From Leucoraja ocellata (Eukaryota), in NCBI GenBank assembly GCA_036785375.1, contig JAWMAR010000531.1, positions 930,001 to 994,000 on the forward strand: DNA of 64,000 bases, written 5' to 3'. Every line of letters begins with the position of its first letter. Position 1 is the stretch's first letter. A program made the position numbers and the translations under genes. The notes beneath the pieces were generated by a model. The model was not told where the DNA came from. It saw only the letters and a list, made by a program, of their open reading frames with translations, and made no database searches. Positions 25,230 through 38,205 of the stretch are shown here, one piece after another.

Positions 25230-25465
25230 TGTTTAAGAAAGAACTACAGATGCTGGAAATATCGAAGGTAGACAAAAATGCTGGAGAAACGCAGCGGGTG
25301 AGGCAGCATCTATGGAGCGAAGGAATAGGTGACGTTTCGGATCGAGACCCTTCTTCAGACCTTCTTCAGTCTAAAGAAGGGTTTCGACCCGAAACGTCGC
25401 ATATTTCTTTCGCTCCTTAGATGCTGCTTCACCCGCTAAGTTTCTCCAGCATTTTTGTCTACCTT
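25230..25465. mobile_element. Fold-back short repeat carrying hammerhead-like cores (Penelope-type, inferred)
   Basis: Inverted arms aggtagacaaaaatgctggagaaac.../...gtttctccagcatttttgtctacct with ctgaagaagggtctcgatccgaaacgtc on the minus strand. Confidence 0.75.
25327..25362 (-). ncRNA. Putative minimal type I hammerhead ribozyme motif
   Basis: Minus strand AGGU-CUGAAGA-A-GGGU(CUCG)AUCC-GAAA-CG-UC-ACCU: conserved core boxes, stem I and stem II pair. Confidence 0.55.
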
Positions 25466-25714
25466 TGAAAGATGTTCTGAATCTGTTCTCTCTGGTGCTG
25501 GGGGAAATGTTCTCGCTGCATGCAATCTTTCAAGACATCAAAGGAGTTTGCCTGTTTCGATGCTCTGAAATCCAGAGATTGCATCCCCATCTACTCAATT
25601 CTCCCTCACACGGCAAACAATCTATCTCTGGAACCCGGGTAAGCAAAAAAAAACACTTGATTCGGAAGGTCAGCTTTAATAATCCACTATGCTATACTTC
25701 TTTCCATTTTCCAG

Positions 25715-26037
25715 ATCCCCAGCCTCCCGCGGTGTCAGTCCTTGGGCCATCAGAGGAAGAAATCGCGGGAAAGGGCACCGCCACTCTGGTGTGTTTGGTG
25801 AACGGGTTCAACCCGGGCGTTGTGGACATTGAGTGGACGGTGGACGGCAGTGCGAGAAGTGATGGCGTCGACACAGGCCGAGCCCAGCAGGATCAGGACA
25901 ACACGTTCAGTACCAGCAGTTACCTGACTCTGCCAGCCGCCTACTGGAACTCACACGAGCTTTACTCCTGTGTGGTTAAACACGAGACTCAGACAAACCC
26001 ACTGGAGACAAACATCGCCAGATCTGGTTGTGCTTGA
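25715..26037 (+). CDS. IGLC: Ig light chain cluster 2, constant exon
   Basis: PQPPAVSVLGPSEEE..TATLVCLVNGFNP..YSCVVKH..ARSGCA*; AATAAA at 26074. Confidence 0.95.
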
Positions 26038-27183
26038 TTCAAAAATATGATGTCTTGAATTGATACATTTGGAAATAAAATTCACGCACAGAGATTACAT
26101 GTCTGTTTTCTTTTATAGATTTTTTTCAGTCACAGAAAATGCACAATGTAATTTAATATGGAGAGGAGAGCAATAATGTCTCATTTATCGCCCTGCATTG
26201 CTCGACTATTTTGTACCAAAACAATGATATCCTAAATATGCATTAATACATTAGTAAATATGCTGAGCAAAAGTTTTAACTTCAGCAAATTAACTTTACA
26301 ATAGTTAGGACGGAAACGATGCAGTACACGAAGACTTTATTCGCCATGGTTTTGTTTCCAGGTCATGGCGCCTAATTAAACGAATCCAAGTTTGTCTTTT
26401 TAAGTAAGTTTATGGAAGCGTTAATTCGCAACCACCCAATTATGTGCAGAGTCACCTTCTCAGATTATATTTTCACGACAGTGACAATGTTGCCACTGCC
26501 GTAGTCCAGTACTCCAGTAGGGTACTCCAGTACCGTAGACTTCATTCAGACTGATTATGGAGTACACAACTCGCCGGGAAATTAAAACCGATCAAGTAAG
26601 ATGGGAAAGTTTGCACTGGTTTGTAGAGGGCCAGTGCAACAACAACCGGAGAGGGCTAGGTAAATAAAGCAGAAGAAAATTACTGGAGGAACTCGGGTGG
26701 TCGGAGGATCTGGTGTCAAATGAACTGGCAATGTTTGGGGTCGAGTGCGTGCGTCCGGATTGTTTGTGGAGGGGAGGGGGCCAATATAAAGAGCTAAGAG
26801 TGTGGGGTGAAACAGGGGCTGGCTGGTGAAAAGTGGGATTAGTTAAGAAAGGGCAGAAGGTGCCATGTTAAAGAGGGGGAGTGATAGAGACGGGAGAAAG
26901 CAGCTGGTGGGTGGGTGATAGAGACTAATGTGGGGAGAGAAGCAACAATGAGAAAATAGGCCGGGGGTGGGGGGGGGGGGGTGGATTTAGACACAGAAGG
27001 TGGAAGATAATGAGCAGAGACACGGGAGGCTGCATTTACGGAAACTGATAGTGGAGAAATTGAGGGTTGGTGGGCACATGGAACCAGTTGAACAAGGTGT
27101 AGGAGAAGGAAAGTTGTGTAGATCTGTTTAAAAGTTCATAATTTAATCAATTATGGAAATACACAGCCGTGTATCAAACTGGG

Positions 27184-27340
27184 ATAGACACAAAGAGCTG
27201 TAGTAACTCAGCGGGACAGGCAGCATCTCTGGAGAGAAGGAATGGGTGACCAAGAAGGGTCTCGACCCGAAACGTCAATCATTCCTTCTCTCCAGAGATG
27301 CTGCCTGTCCCGCTGAGTTACTCCAGCTTTTTGTGTCTAT
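27184..27340. mobile_element. Fold-back short repeat (near-perfect hairpin); paralog 43254-43410
   Basis: Two ~65-bp inverted arms atagacaca...gggtgac / gtca...tgtgtctat. Confidence 0.85.
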
Positions 27341-28969
27341 CTTCGGTTTAAACAAGCATCTGCAGTTCTTCCCCACACATATTATCTCACTGGGATAGTT
27401 TACATTCGAAAGGAAGGGATAAATGAGATGGTTTTCACTGGAAATGAGATTGATAACAGGATTCAGCATTCAGATGTCACCATGATGATAAGATATGTCA
27501 CTATGACGATAATAGTCACTATTAAAACGATTCCCCAATGGGTGAGATGGTGCCCGTCAAATCAAATTGAATGAACTATGGGCTAGCAGTTAGATCGGAA
27601 GCAGGGGGCGGGATGCAATAATCCAGGGTTTGCTCATTGGCTGGTTAAGCGGAGTTCCATTCCAGTCAGGAGAGGCGCAGATCGTAAAACGTTACGATGG
27701 GGAATAAACTGGGTGAAAACAAGAAACAAACGGATTAAGTCAGTCAGCAAAATAATAGCATGTGGATTTGACCGTGGAGAATTAATAAATCGTCTGCGGT
27801 CCAGGATTTCTGAGTGGGGTCCCTGTGTGCTTAATGGACTTGGAAGGGCATTTTGAACGGCCAAAACTGTCCCCGAAACGAGCTTGATAGAAGCTGATCC
27901 TTGAAAATTATGATGCGTGCGATGTGATGGTCCCCCCTCCCCCGCCCCCCTCCCCCCCCCCAACCCCCAGTGAGCTCCAATTTCTCAACAAACCCCAGGG
28001 TCGTGCTAATTGGCCACTGTAACTTTCAGTTAATTGGAGGAGCATTAATTGACATTGTGGGCGAATAGATCACGAGGAAATAAGAAGGAGAGCGGGATGG
28101 ATTGGGGTTGTTCTCTGACCTGCGAACACTTCCCATCCATGTCGTTGTCAAATCTGGAATCGAAGCATGAAAATATCCAAGCTGTCACCCGGATGTCCAT
28201 ATATGGGACCTCCCATTAATGTGGAATTATTGACATTTATTTTCAATCATTCTGCTGAGAGCTTTTGTTATTTAAGTTATTGAAGTGGAAAATTTACTTA
28301 CTCCTGGCCTACTCCTGCACCTATTGTCTATTGTCTATTGTGGGTGACACCAAAGAAAGAGGAACTCATTATTATCGGTAGACATAAATGCTCGATTAAC
28401 TCAGCGGGACAGGCAGCGTTTCTGGAGAGAGGGAATGGGTGACGTTTTGGGTTAAGACCCTTCATCAGACCCTTCGTCAGCTTCATGTAAAATAACTCCA
28501 AAGTGATAAATTGACCACGAATGACAGCACACGCACGTTGATTGAATGTAATGAATCCAAACCTTACGAAATTAATCTACTTTAATTATTTAAGAGAAGG
28601 GAATTCTGTAGGTTAGGTAGTGAAAAACCTAGAAATTAATGCGTAGAGGTGTTAGAATGTGAAAATGAATCCCATCAAGATATTTCGAATTTGGTCATTT
28701 AATAAGGAATAGGAGTCCAATTGGCCATTCGGCCATCAAGTCTACTTGACCATTCAATCGTGGCTAATCCATCACTCTCCCCTTACCCCATTCTACTACC
28801 TTCTCCCCATAACCTCTGACACCTATGAATTTGTGCATTTATTTGGTATCAAAACATATATCAATGCATGGTTATCAAATTAATCAACATGCGCCAACGT
28901 GGATCGCATTCCACCTAATTCTAAATTTTCGGTAGCCACAGAGAGGAAACATAGTCGTCAACTACCACA

Positions 28970-31300
28970 ATGAACTCCCTCAATAGCAAGAATGTCCTTC
29001 CTCAAATTTGGACACCAAAACTGCACAGGGCCCTGAACAACTGCAGAAGAACCTCTTTGTTGCTATACTCAACTCCTCTTGTGATGAAGGCCAACATGTA
29101 ATTCGCTTTTCTCGCTGCCCCAGATCCCATTATACATCCCCTTTTCCCAACTTGACACCATTTAGACAATAATCTGCCTTCCTGTCATGCCACCTCACAT
29201 CTATCCACATTAAACTGCATCTACCATGCATCTGCCCACTCACCCAACCTGTCCCAGTCACTCTGCATCCTCATAGCATCGTCCTCACAGTTCACACTGC
29301 CAACCAGCTTTGTGTCATCTGCAAATGTTCTAATGTTACTTTCAATCCCTTCATCTAAATCATTAATATATTTTGTAAATAGCTGCGGTCCCAGCACCTT
29401 GCCTTGCGGTACCCCCACTAGTCACTGCCTACCATTCTGAAAGGGACCCGTTAATCCCTACTCTTTGTTTCCTGCCTGCCAACCAATTTCTATCCATGTC
29501 AGCACCCTTCCCCAATACCATGTGCTCTAATTTTGCCCACTAATCTCCTATGTGGGACCTTATCAAATGTTTTCTGAAAGTCCAGGTACACTACATCCAC
29601 TGAATCCCCTTGTCCATTTCCCAGTTACATCCGCAAATAATTCCAGAAGATTAGTCAGGCATGATTTCCCCTTCGTAAATCCATGCTGACTCGGACCGAT
29701 CCTGCTACTGCGATCCAAATGTGCTGCTATTTCATCTTTTATAATTGAATCCAGCGTCTTCCCCACACGGATGTCAGGCTAACTGGACTATAATTCCCTG
29801 TTTTCTCTCTCCCGCCTTTCTTAAAAAGTGGGATAACATTAGCTACCCTCCAATCCACATGAACTGATCCTTTCTATAGAACATTGGAAAATGATCACCA
29901 TTGCATCCACGATTCCTAGAGCCACTTAAGTACCCTGGGATGCAGACCATCTGGCCCTGGGGATTTATCAGCCTTCAGTCCCACCAACACCATTTCCTGC
30001 CTAATGTGAATTCCCTTCAGTTCCTCCGTGAGCCTGGTTCCTCTGGCCACTACGATATCAGGAAGATTGTTTGTGCCCTCCGTAGTTGTTTGTGAATGAT
30101 CCACTACATGGATTAATAAGGGTTAATCTACATTAGTGAAGGATCCAAAGTACCTGTTCAACTCGTCTGCCATCTCCTTGTTCCCTATAATAAATTCGCC
30201 CTGTTCAGTCTTCAAGGGTCCAACGTTGGTCTTAACTAAATTTTCCTCTTCACATACCTAAAGAAGCTTTTACTATCCTCCTTTATATTCCTGGCTAGCT
30301 TACCTTCGTACCTCATATTTTCTCTATGTATTGCCTTTTTAGTTATCTTCTGTTGCTCTTTAAAAGTTACCCAATCCTCTGGCTTCCCACTTATCTTTGC
30401 TATGTTGTACTTTTCTTTTCTTTTATACATTCCCTAACTTCCCTTGTCCACCACGGTCGCCTCTTACTCCCCTTGGAATCTTTCTTCCTCCTTGGAATGA
30501 ACTGATCCTGCACCTTCTGTATTATTTCCAGAAATACCTACCATTGTTGTTCCACTGTCATCCCTGCTAGGGTATCTTTCCAGTCAACTTGGCCAACTCC
30601 TCCTTCATGGCTCCATATTCCCCTTTGTTCAACTGTAACACTGACACCTCCGATTTACCCTTCTCCCTCTCAAATTGTAGATTAAAACGTATCATATTAT
30701 GGTCACTACCTCCTAATGTCTCCTTTGCCTCGTGTTCCTTTATCAAATCCGGTTCATTACACAACATTAAATCCAAAATTGCCTTTTCTTGATAGGCTCC
30801 AGTACAAGCTGCTCTAAAAATCCATCAGGGAGGCACTCCACTAACTCACTTTCTTGGGGTTCAGAACCAAACCTGATTTCCCCAGTCCACCTGCATGCTG
30901 AAATCTCCCATAACAACCTTTACAACATGCCAATTTTAACTCTTGATTCAAACCTGCACCCTATATCCAGGCTATTGTTTGGGGGGCCTGTAGATAACAC
31001 TCATTAAGGTCTTTTACCCTTACTATTTCTCAGTTCCATCCATACTGACTCTACATTTACTGATTCTATGTCACCCTCGCAAGGGAACTGAATTTAATTC
31101 CCCACCAACAGAGCTACCCCACTCCCTCTGCCCACCTGTCTGTTTTTCGTTAGGACGTATATAATTGAATATTCAGTTCCCAGCCCTGGTCCTCTTGCAT
31201 GCATGTCTCTGTAATTCCCACAACATCATACTTGCCAATTTCTGGCTCAAGCTCATCCACTTTATTTCTTAAACTTCCGCGCAATACAACACCTTGACTT
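28970..31300 (-). mobile_element. CR1-like LINE ORF2 (APE endonuclease plus RT), internally deleted
   Basis: DLMLCNEPDLI..GGSDHNMIRF, SQHGFTKGKSCLTNL, GVPQG.VLGPQLF..YINDLD, FADDTKL. Confidence 0.92.
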
Positions 31301-33581
31301 CGTTATCTACCTCCCCTCTCACTCCGGTCCCTATTGGCCCTGACCTTACTCTCTTTCCTTCTCGAACATTCCTTCACATTAATTCGGGAGTCTTATGTAA
31401 CTTTTACTGTACTCACTTCCGCATTAACTCTATCTTTATACTAATTTGTCAATCCCTCCCCTCCCCTCCCCCCCCCCCCCCCCATTCCGCTGACTAGTTA
31501 GAACGCAACAAAAGTTTTTCACTGTACCTCGGTACACGTGACAATATACTAAACTCGAACTCCTAGTAGAGGATGCAATTGAATCAGCCGGTGCTTTTGA
31601 ATGACGGAGAATTTTCAGGTGCTAAGCATCCCAAATTAGTTACAAATTGTATTTTCTGAAGCATATCAGCGATTCATGGGGTTTGTGATCATCTGATAGC
31701 TCATGGTACCGTCGCCCCAAGCAAAGATGATCTTTTTCCCAATTAGCTTTTAATTTCAGATTTCTTGCAAGTCATTACTAATTCAAACCCGCAAACAGTG
31801 GAACATAATGTCTGAAGTAACACACATTTTCTTATGCTATTACTTCGCGTGCGCCAGATGTGCTTACACCGGTAGTGGTGATGTTGAGACCTTAAACCTC
31901 CGTCTAGAAGATTATCGATAGAAAGATAACTAAGAAATTAATATTGAATTCCTAAACTTGCTATTGTGTTGTACTACTTACAGCGCAAGAACGTGTAGCA
32001 ATCAATAAAGGGCTATAGGCCGATTGCGAGTTTATGTACAGGGACATATCTATCCATGCACTGTATACTTGTATTTATACTTATGCATCTTAAATATGCA
32101 TGTCATGTTTTATACTTTGGCAATATAACAATGTATTTTTTTATCATGCCAATAAAGTTTTTAAATTGAAATTAAAATTGAAATTGATAAATGTCTTCGG
32201 AAGCCGCGCCCGTAATATATCCGAGGAAAGATCTGGACTCAAAAACATCACCTATTCCCTTTCTCCAGAGATGCTGCCAACCCCGCTGAGGTACTCCAGC
32301 TTTTTATGTCTTTCTTCCCTGAATACACAAGGTCGAATAGTCTTTGCACTGCAATCTTTTATAGGCTTTGTCGAATTCATGCGCTTCGATTTTTCAAAAT
32401 GTTTCTACCCCTCTGTACTCGGCGCGGGTGTTTGCCAGTCGACTAAAGTTCCCAGATCCGACTGGCTCAGATTGGAACAACAGCAGCAGGAGCGCCAACA
32501 ACACGTGGCGTGCATGAGTCAAAGAGAGCATCACGTTAAAACCTTCGCCCTCTGTCCGAACTCACGAGAGATTGTCTATATTTTTCGAGGGCCTTTGACT
32601 ATCAGAAATATTTATCAACTGGTAAATCAGGGCCATTCAATTAAATAAGGAAAAAAAGTGAAAGGCAAGAATTTATTATTACCGACGTAAAACAATGGTA
32701 ATAATTTAAAACATTTAAAAAAATAATAAAAGCAATTTCAGATGTTGCACACCGGGACAAAAAAAACAAATTGCTGGAGGATCTCAGAAGGTTTGGCAGC
32801 ATCAAATAAAACAAACTACCATATTTTAACCTAACTTCCGCTCGCTTTATACGCCAGAGAATGAGCTGGCTAATCCTATACCGCCTGATCGCCGACAAGA
32901 TTTCAGCGTGTGTGTGTGTGTAAATGCTGTGGAATCTCGAGATCAATAGTGGTCGAGGCCCCGGACAAAATGGCTGATAGAGGTATCAAACGTTTTTTAT
33001 GGTTGGATTTTCACTAAAGTTCTTCAAAAAGTCCTTTAACCTAAAGCCAGAGAAGACATGGGATCAATGCTGTGTCGGAGATTAGTTTAGTTTAGTGTAG
33101 ATACAGCGTGGAAACAGGCCCTTAACCCCATCGAGTCCACACCAACGATCGATTTACCTATCACAGGATATTTTCCAATGATAGATAGATAGCCTTTTAT
33201 TATCATTCAGAAATCTGAACGAAATTGCAGCAGTCAACATATAATACAAACAATAAAACAACAATAAACACACATTAACATCCACCACAGTGAGTCCACC
33301 CAGCATCTCCTCACTGTGATGGAGGCAAAAATCTTAGGCGCAGTCTCTTCCCTCCCCTTCTCCCTCTGCGCTGGGGTGATGCCCCCCCCCCCCCCCCCCG
33401 GGCGATGTTAAGAACAGTCCCGCGGCTCAAACACCGCGGCCCGGGGTGGTTGAAGCTGCCGCCCACCAGTTCTGCAGAAGCAGCTGCTGGCCCGCGGCCG
33501 AACCCGGACTCAGGCCACCGCCGCCAGAACACCGTCCCAGCCACCCTCACGTGAGTACTGTGCCGTCTTCAGCCTCGGGCT

Positions 33582-33700
33582 GGGCCGCCCCGACTTGGGC
33601 GCCGAACCTCCCCCCGGACCGGGCCGCCCCGACTTGGGCGCCGAACCTCCCCCGGACCGGGCCGCCCCGACTTGGGCGTCGCTTCTCCCCCCGGACCGGG
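33582..33700. repeat. GC-rich minisatellite, 3 x ~38 bp
   Basis: gggccgccccgacttgggcg...cccggacc repeated three times. Confidence 0.9.
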
Positions 33701-33779
33701 TACCGAGGGTTGCTTTCTATACACCATCTACCCCTCCACCTATTATCTATCATCTGCACACTTTCCCACAAAGCCTTCC

Positions 33780-34240
33780 ATCCCCATGTCCAAATCATTA
33801 ATATACAATGTGAAGAGTAGCGGCTCCAACACCAACCCTTGCGGAACTCCAAGAGTCACTGGCAGCCAACGAGAAAAAGCTGCATTTAATCCCACTCTTC
33901 GTCTTCAGCCATCAGGCAACCTGCTATCCGTGCTAGTATCTGCCTATTGATACCCTGGACTCTCATCTTCCTAAGCAGCCTAACATGTGGCACCTTATCA
34001 AAGGCTTTCTGAAAATCTATATAAGCAACATCTACTGGATCTCCTTTGTCTGTCCTGTTATTTACTTCTTCAAATAATTCCAGCAAACTTGTCAAGCAAG
34101 ATCTCCTCTTCAGAAAGCCATGCTGACTTTAGCCTATTTTATCGTGAACTTCTAAATACTCTGTAACCTCATCCTTCATAATGGACTCTAAAACCTTACC
34201 AACCAAAGCCAGTTTAACCGGCCTCTAGTTCCACCTATTC
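33780..34240 (-). mobile_element. CR1-like LINE RT fragment
   Basis: LTSLLELFEEV..DKGDPVDVAYIDFQKAFDKVPH. Confidence 0.9.
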
Positions 34241-35659
34241 TGCATTGCTCCCGTGTAAAATATTTTCCCCTAGACTGCACTCAAGGCATTAATAACATTA
34301 CTTAAAAAATGAGACTTATACTAAGTGGTATACTAAAGGTATGATTGCGGCAATTGTCAACTTCTCAAAAGCACATCCTTCTATTTTCATTCAATCGCCC
34401 AGCAAAGAAAAATAGCATTGTGTTATTTTTTTTATTACTTGGTACCCGCATTATATGCTTTGATGTATCGTGGACATCCCTAATGTTTACACAACATAAT
34501 TATATATTGAATAGAGAGGAGACAAGATGGTGCAGTATTGTTTGGTAATCCCGGTGTGGGTCGGGAGTGCAAAGAGATTGAACAGCGCACATCGAAACAG
34601 GAAAGTGTTCACTTTATAGAGACTGAAGAGAGTGCTTTTGGTGGAATCTTAATGGGAACTCAAAGTGCTGGAGGAACTCAGTGGGGCAGGCTACTTCTGG
34701 GGAATTAAATTGACAGATAACAGTTCGGATTAGGACCACTGTTCAAATGGATGTTAATGTTATGGATAGCATCAGAAGTGAAAGAAGAATAAATGGGAGA
34801 TTAAAAATGGAGTCAAAGGAGGAAATTGATCGAACGCCAGCTAACATAACACCCCTACTTAATTGAGGCTGTGAAATAATGATTTCCCGAATCAACCAAG
34901 CGCCATGGATCTGAAACGTCACCTCTACTTCTGTGGTCATAGGTGCCATCTGACCTACTAACTGTTTCCAGCCTTTGCTGTTTATTTCCGATATACAGCC
35001 TTTTCATTCATAATTACGTGTTTCTTGCACAATTCAACTGGAATAAATGAAGGAATCATAATAATTTCCATTCATAAACTTCACTGAATAAATTGCAAAA
35101 CCCGCCTCCAGATGTGTCATCTATTACAACTGTAAAAAAAACTCACTACATCGGAAAGTCTCCAATATTTTTTAATAATCATATGATATTAAAGGAAACA
35201 CGCGATGAAACTTTTACTCAAATGGATCAGTTGGCGTTCCTGTGCCGCGTTTTCTCAGAGCGGATTACTCTCTGAATGTAAATGCAGCCAAATGTCCAGC
35301 GACGGAGCGCAAAGCTAACATGGTTGGTGGAACTTGGTGGTGTAGTTTGTGACTTCCGCATACAATCTAACGTCCGAAAACGTCACGGAACTGATCAGCA
35401 TCGATATCAACCATTTAGCCAGTACCAATTCAAGGACAAGATGCGTTGAACTGAAAGAGTACCATTCCAAGTCACGCGTGCCTTCTGTTTTCATTCAATC
35501 GCCCAGCAAAGAAAAAATAGCATTGTGTTAGCGTTTTTAATTACTTGGTACCTGCATTATATTCTTTGGTGTATCATGGACATCCTCTAACCGTTTACAA
35601 ACAATAGTTATTTATTGAATAGAGTCTGAGGAGACAAGATGGTGCAGTATTGTTTGGTC

Positions 35660-36525
35660 AAGAAAGCGAATGGTATGTTAGCATTCATGGCAAAAGGATT
35701 TGAGTATAGGATGAGGGAGGTTCTACTGCAGTTGTACAGGGTCTTGGTGAGACCACACCTGGAGTATAGCGTACAGTTTTGTTCTCGTAATCTGAGGAAA
35801 ATACATTCTTGCCATAGAGGGAGTACAGAGAAGGTTCACCAGACTGATTCCTGGGATGGCAGGACTTTCATATGAAGAAAGACTGGATAGACTCGGCTTG
35901 TACTAGCTAGAATTTAGAAGATTGAGGGGGATCTTATAGAAACTTACAAAATTCTTAAGGGGTTAGACATGCTAGATGCAGGAAGATTATTCCAAATGTT
36001 GGGAAGTCCAGAACAAGGGGGGTCACAGTTTAAGGATAAGGGGGAAGTCTTTTAGGACCGAAATGAGAACATCATTTTTTACACAGAGAGTGGTGAATCT
36101 GTGGAATTCTCTGCCACATAAGGTAGTTGAGGCCAGTTCATTGGCTATATTTAAGAGGGAGTTAGATGTGGCCCTTGTGGCTAAAGGGATCAGGGGGTAT
36201 GGAGAGAAGGCAGGTACAGGATACTGAGTTGGATGATCAGCCATGATCATATTGAATAGCGGTGCAGGCTCGAAGGGCGAAAGGCCTACTCCTGCACCTA
36301 TTTTTCTATGTTTTCTATGTGCCTATCCACTCTTCAGAATGACCTCACGGGCCAGACTGGTTTAAGAAATTGTTAGACATGTACATTGATCGGACAGGTT
36401 TGGAGGGATATGGACCAAGCACAGGCAAGTGGGACTAGTGTAGCTGAGGCCTTGTTAGCTGGTGTGGGCAAGTTGGGCCGAAGGGCCTGTTTCCACACTG
36501 TAGCCTTCTATGACTCTATGACTCA
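35660..36525 (+). mobile_element. CR1-like LINE 3' portion (duplicate of 20236-21100)
   Basis: Same insertion and junctions as in copy A. Confidence 0.88.
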
Positions 36526-37582
36526 GTTTTTCTAAACTCTGTAATTTCTCGACAATGATCTCAGCCAACCCAATTGCGCCAATTTAACTCCAAAGTTTCC
36601 AAGTGTCCTTATTTCTGATTTGTTGTTTTACCCATTCAGAAATATGTTTCACTATATTATCGCCCACAATGATAAATCCTTCAAAGGGCCTTTTGTTTTG
36701 TCAAATGCGTTTCAAGGATTTATCGTGTTTTCATGTAATTGTGCAAAACGCAATTGTCTTTCAAATATCTTCATTGCCATGATACTCCGCGTCTTCTTTT
36801 CCCTTCTCCATCAATCTGCCCCGAACATTTCGAGTTGACAATTGAAGTATTAATGCTTTCAGTCCTATGTCGATGAATACGGAAATTGCGGGAGCGTCCT
36901 CTGAATTGTTAGCTCGTCACACAGTATTATAACCTACAAATATACATATACACATTGAGAACTGTTTTGAAGCTTAAACTCTCCAAGCACAAAGTATATG
37001 ATGTTTGCCGCAAAGCTTATGCGGTGCCATCGAAACCTGCACGATTCATAGCATGTTATCTGTATGGGTAACAACTGCAAAGAAATAATGGTTTATAAAG
37101 TTTCCACAAATTAAGGCTAAAATTAATTTCAAAAATCTTCGTAAAATCTTCAACGTTTTTTTTTCACTCCTTCCAGCTCGGAATCAAAAATACGAAAGTT
37201 GAAAATTGGAAATCTGAAACAAAACAGTATATGGAGGTGACACTCGGTAGCATCTGTGAAGAGCTGGTTTATTTGGTTCTGGTGAAGCTTTATTGACTTA
37301 ACAAAAGGTCACGTCCTTTTTCCCTTCACGTGTATTCTCTGAGGTGTTGAGCATCCCTAGTATTTTCTGTTTCTGCACAAAATATATCTGCCTGCCTAAC
37401 CACTGACTACAAAGCAGTTCCTACATCTGGCCATGCAGTTTGCCACTCTTCTGTTCTCCTCTATGATTCTAACTATACCCCTCCCCCCCCCCCCCCCCCC
37501 CCCGCCCTCTACCCTACGCCCAAGCAGAAAAAAGCCCGATGATTTGTCAATATCGCTCCACAATGATCCAGTAATTCGATGT

Positions 37583-37603
37583 CACGTGGATAGTGATTTG
37601 CAT
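37583..37603 (+). promoter_or_regulatory. IgL cluster 3 promoter: E-box plus octamer
   Basis: CACGTG 37583-37588, ATTTGCAT 37596-37603. Confidence 0.9.
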
Positions 37604-37725
37604 GAATAATTAAAACTCGGTGACGTTGTGATGTCGAGGAGTTCTTAAGGGGAGATTTCTCAAGAACCAGAAACGGACTTCTGTCGGAAAACGTTTAGAT
37701 TCTGACCCTCGCCACCTCCTTCACC

Positions 37726-37774
37726 ATGTCTGAATGGATTCGCGTTCTGGCCGCGTTCGTGTTCTGCTTCCATA
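37726..37774 (+). CDS. IGL: Ig light chain cluster 3, leader exon
   Basis: Identical to the cluster 2 leader; GTAAGT at 37775. Confidence 0.9.
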
Positions 37775-37863
37775 GTAAGTAGAAAACCTAATCACCAGGC
37801 AGCTGCTCTTTGCATTCTGCTGATGATTGTATGTTTACAAATATTAATTTGTTATTTCACCAG

Positions 37864-38205
37864 CTTCATCGCAGAGGTTTTGTTGACTCAGAGCTCTACG
37901 TCCATCTCGACTTCTCTGGGGAAAACGGTCAAGATGACTTGTACCCTCTCAGGAGCCCAGATGAGCGGCTACAACACTGGCTGGTATTGGCAAAAGACCG
38001 GCAGCGCCCCGGTCTTGGTATGGTATGGGAGCACAAGAGCTTCTGGAATTCCAGATCGATTCACCGGTACCGTCGATTATCCGAACAATATAATGCACCT
38101 GACCATCACCAACCTGCGAGCTGAGGATGTCGCTGATTATTACTGTGCAGTAGAACGTTCTGGTGTAATTACATTCGGGAAAGGAAACCAAGCTGAATCT
38201 GAGCA
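37864..38205 (+). pseudogene. IGLV: Ig light chain cluster 3, germline-joined VJ exon with two 1-nt frameshifts (pseudogene or assembly error)
   Basis: EVLLTQS...WYWQKTG...YYC AVERSGVIT FGKG; one A missing near 37868 versus cluster 2 (gives TGA at 37884) and one extra A at 38185-38187 in J. Confidence 0.8.

Larger units (their letters stand above)
19616..29118 (+). repeat. Segmental duplication copy A (contains cluster 2); paralog 35021-45257
   Basis: Near-identical 5' flank, promoter, leader, C exon and 3' flank; offset about 15.4-16.1 kb. Confidence 0.92.

Noticed and set aside
25465-25714. N-terminal extension of the 190-aa ORF in front of C2 (and of the 5864 and 37823 ORFs in front of V)
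   Set aside because: Intronic read-through; splice acceptors define the real exon starts and the extension is not kept in the paralog
33582-33700. Short direct-repeat array as CRISPR-like
   Set aside because: Eukaryotic context, no unique spacers; simple minisatellite
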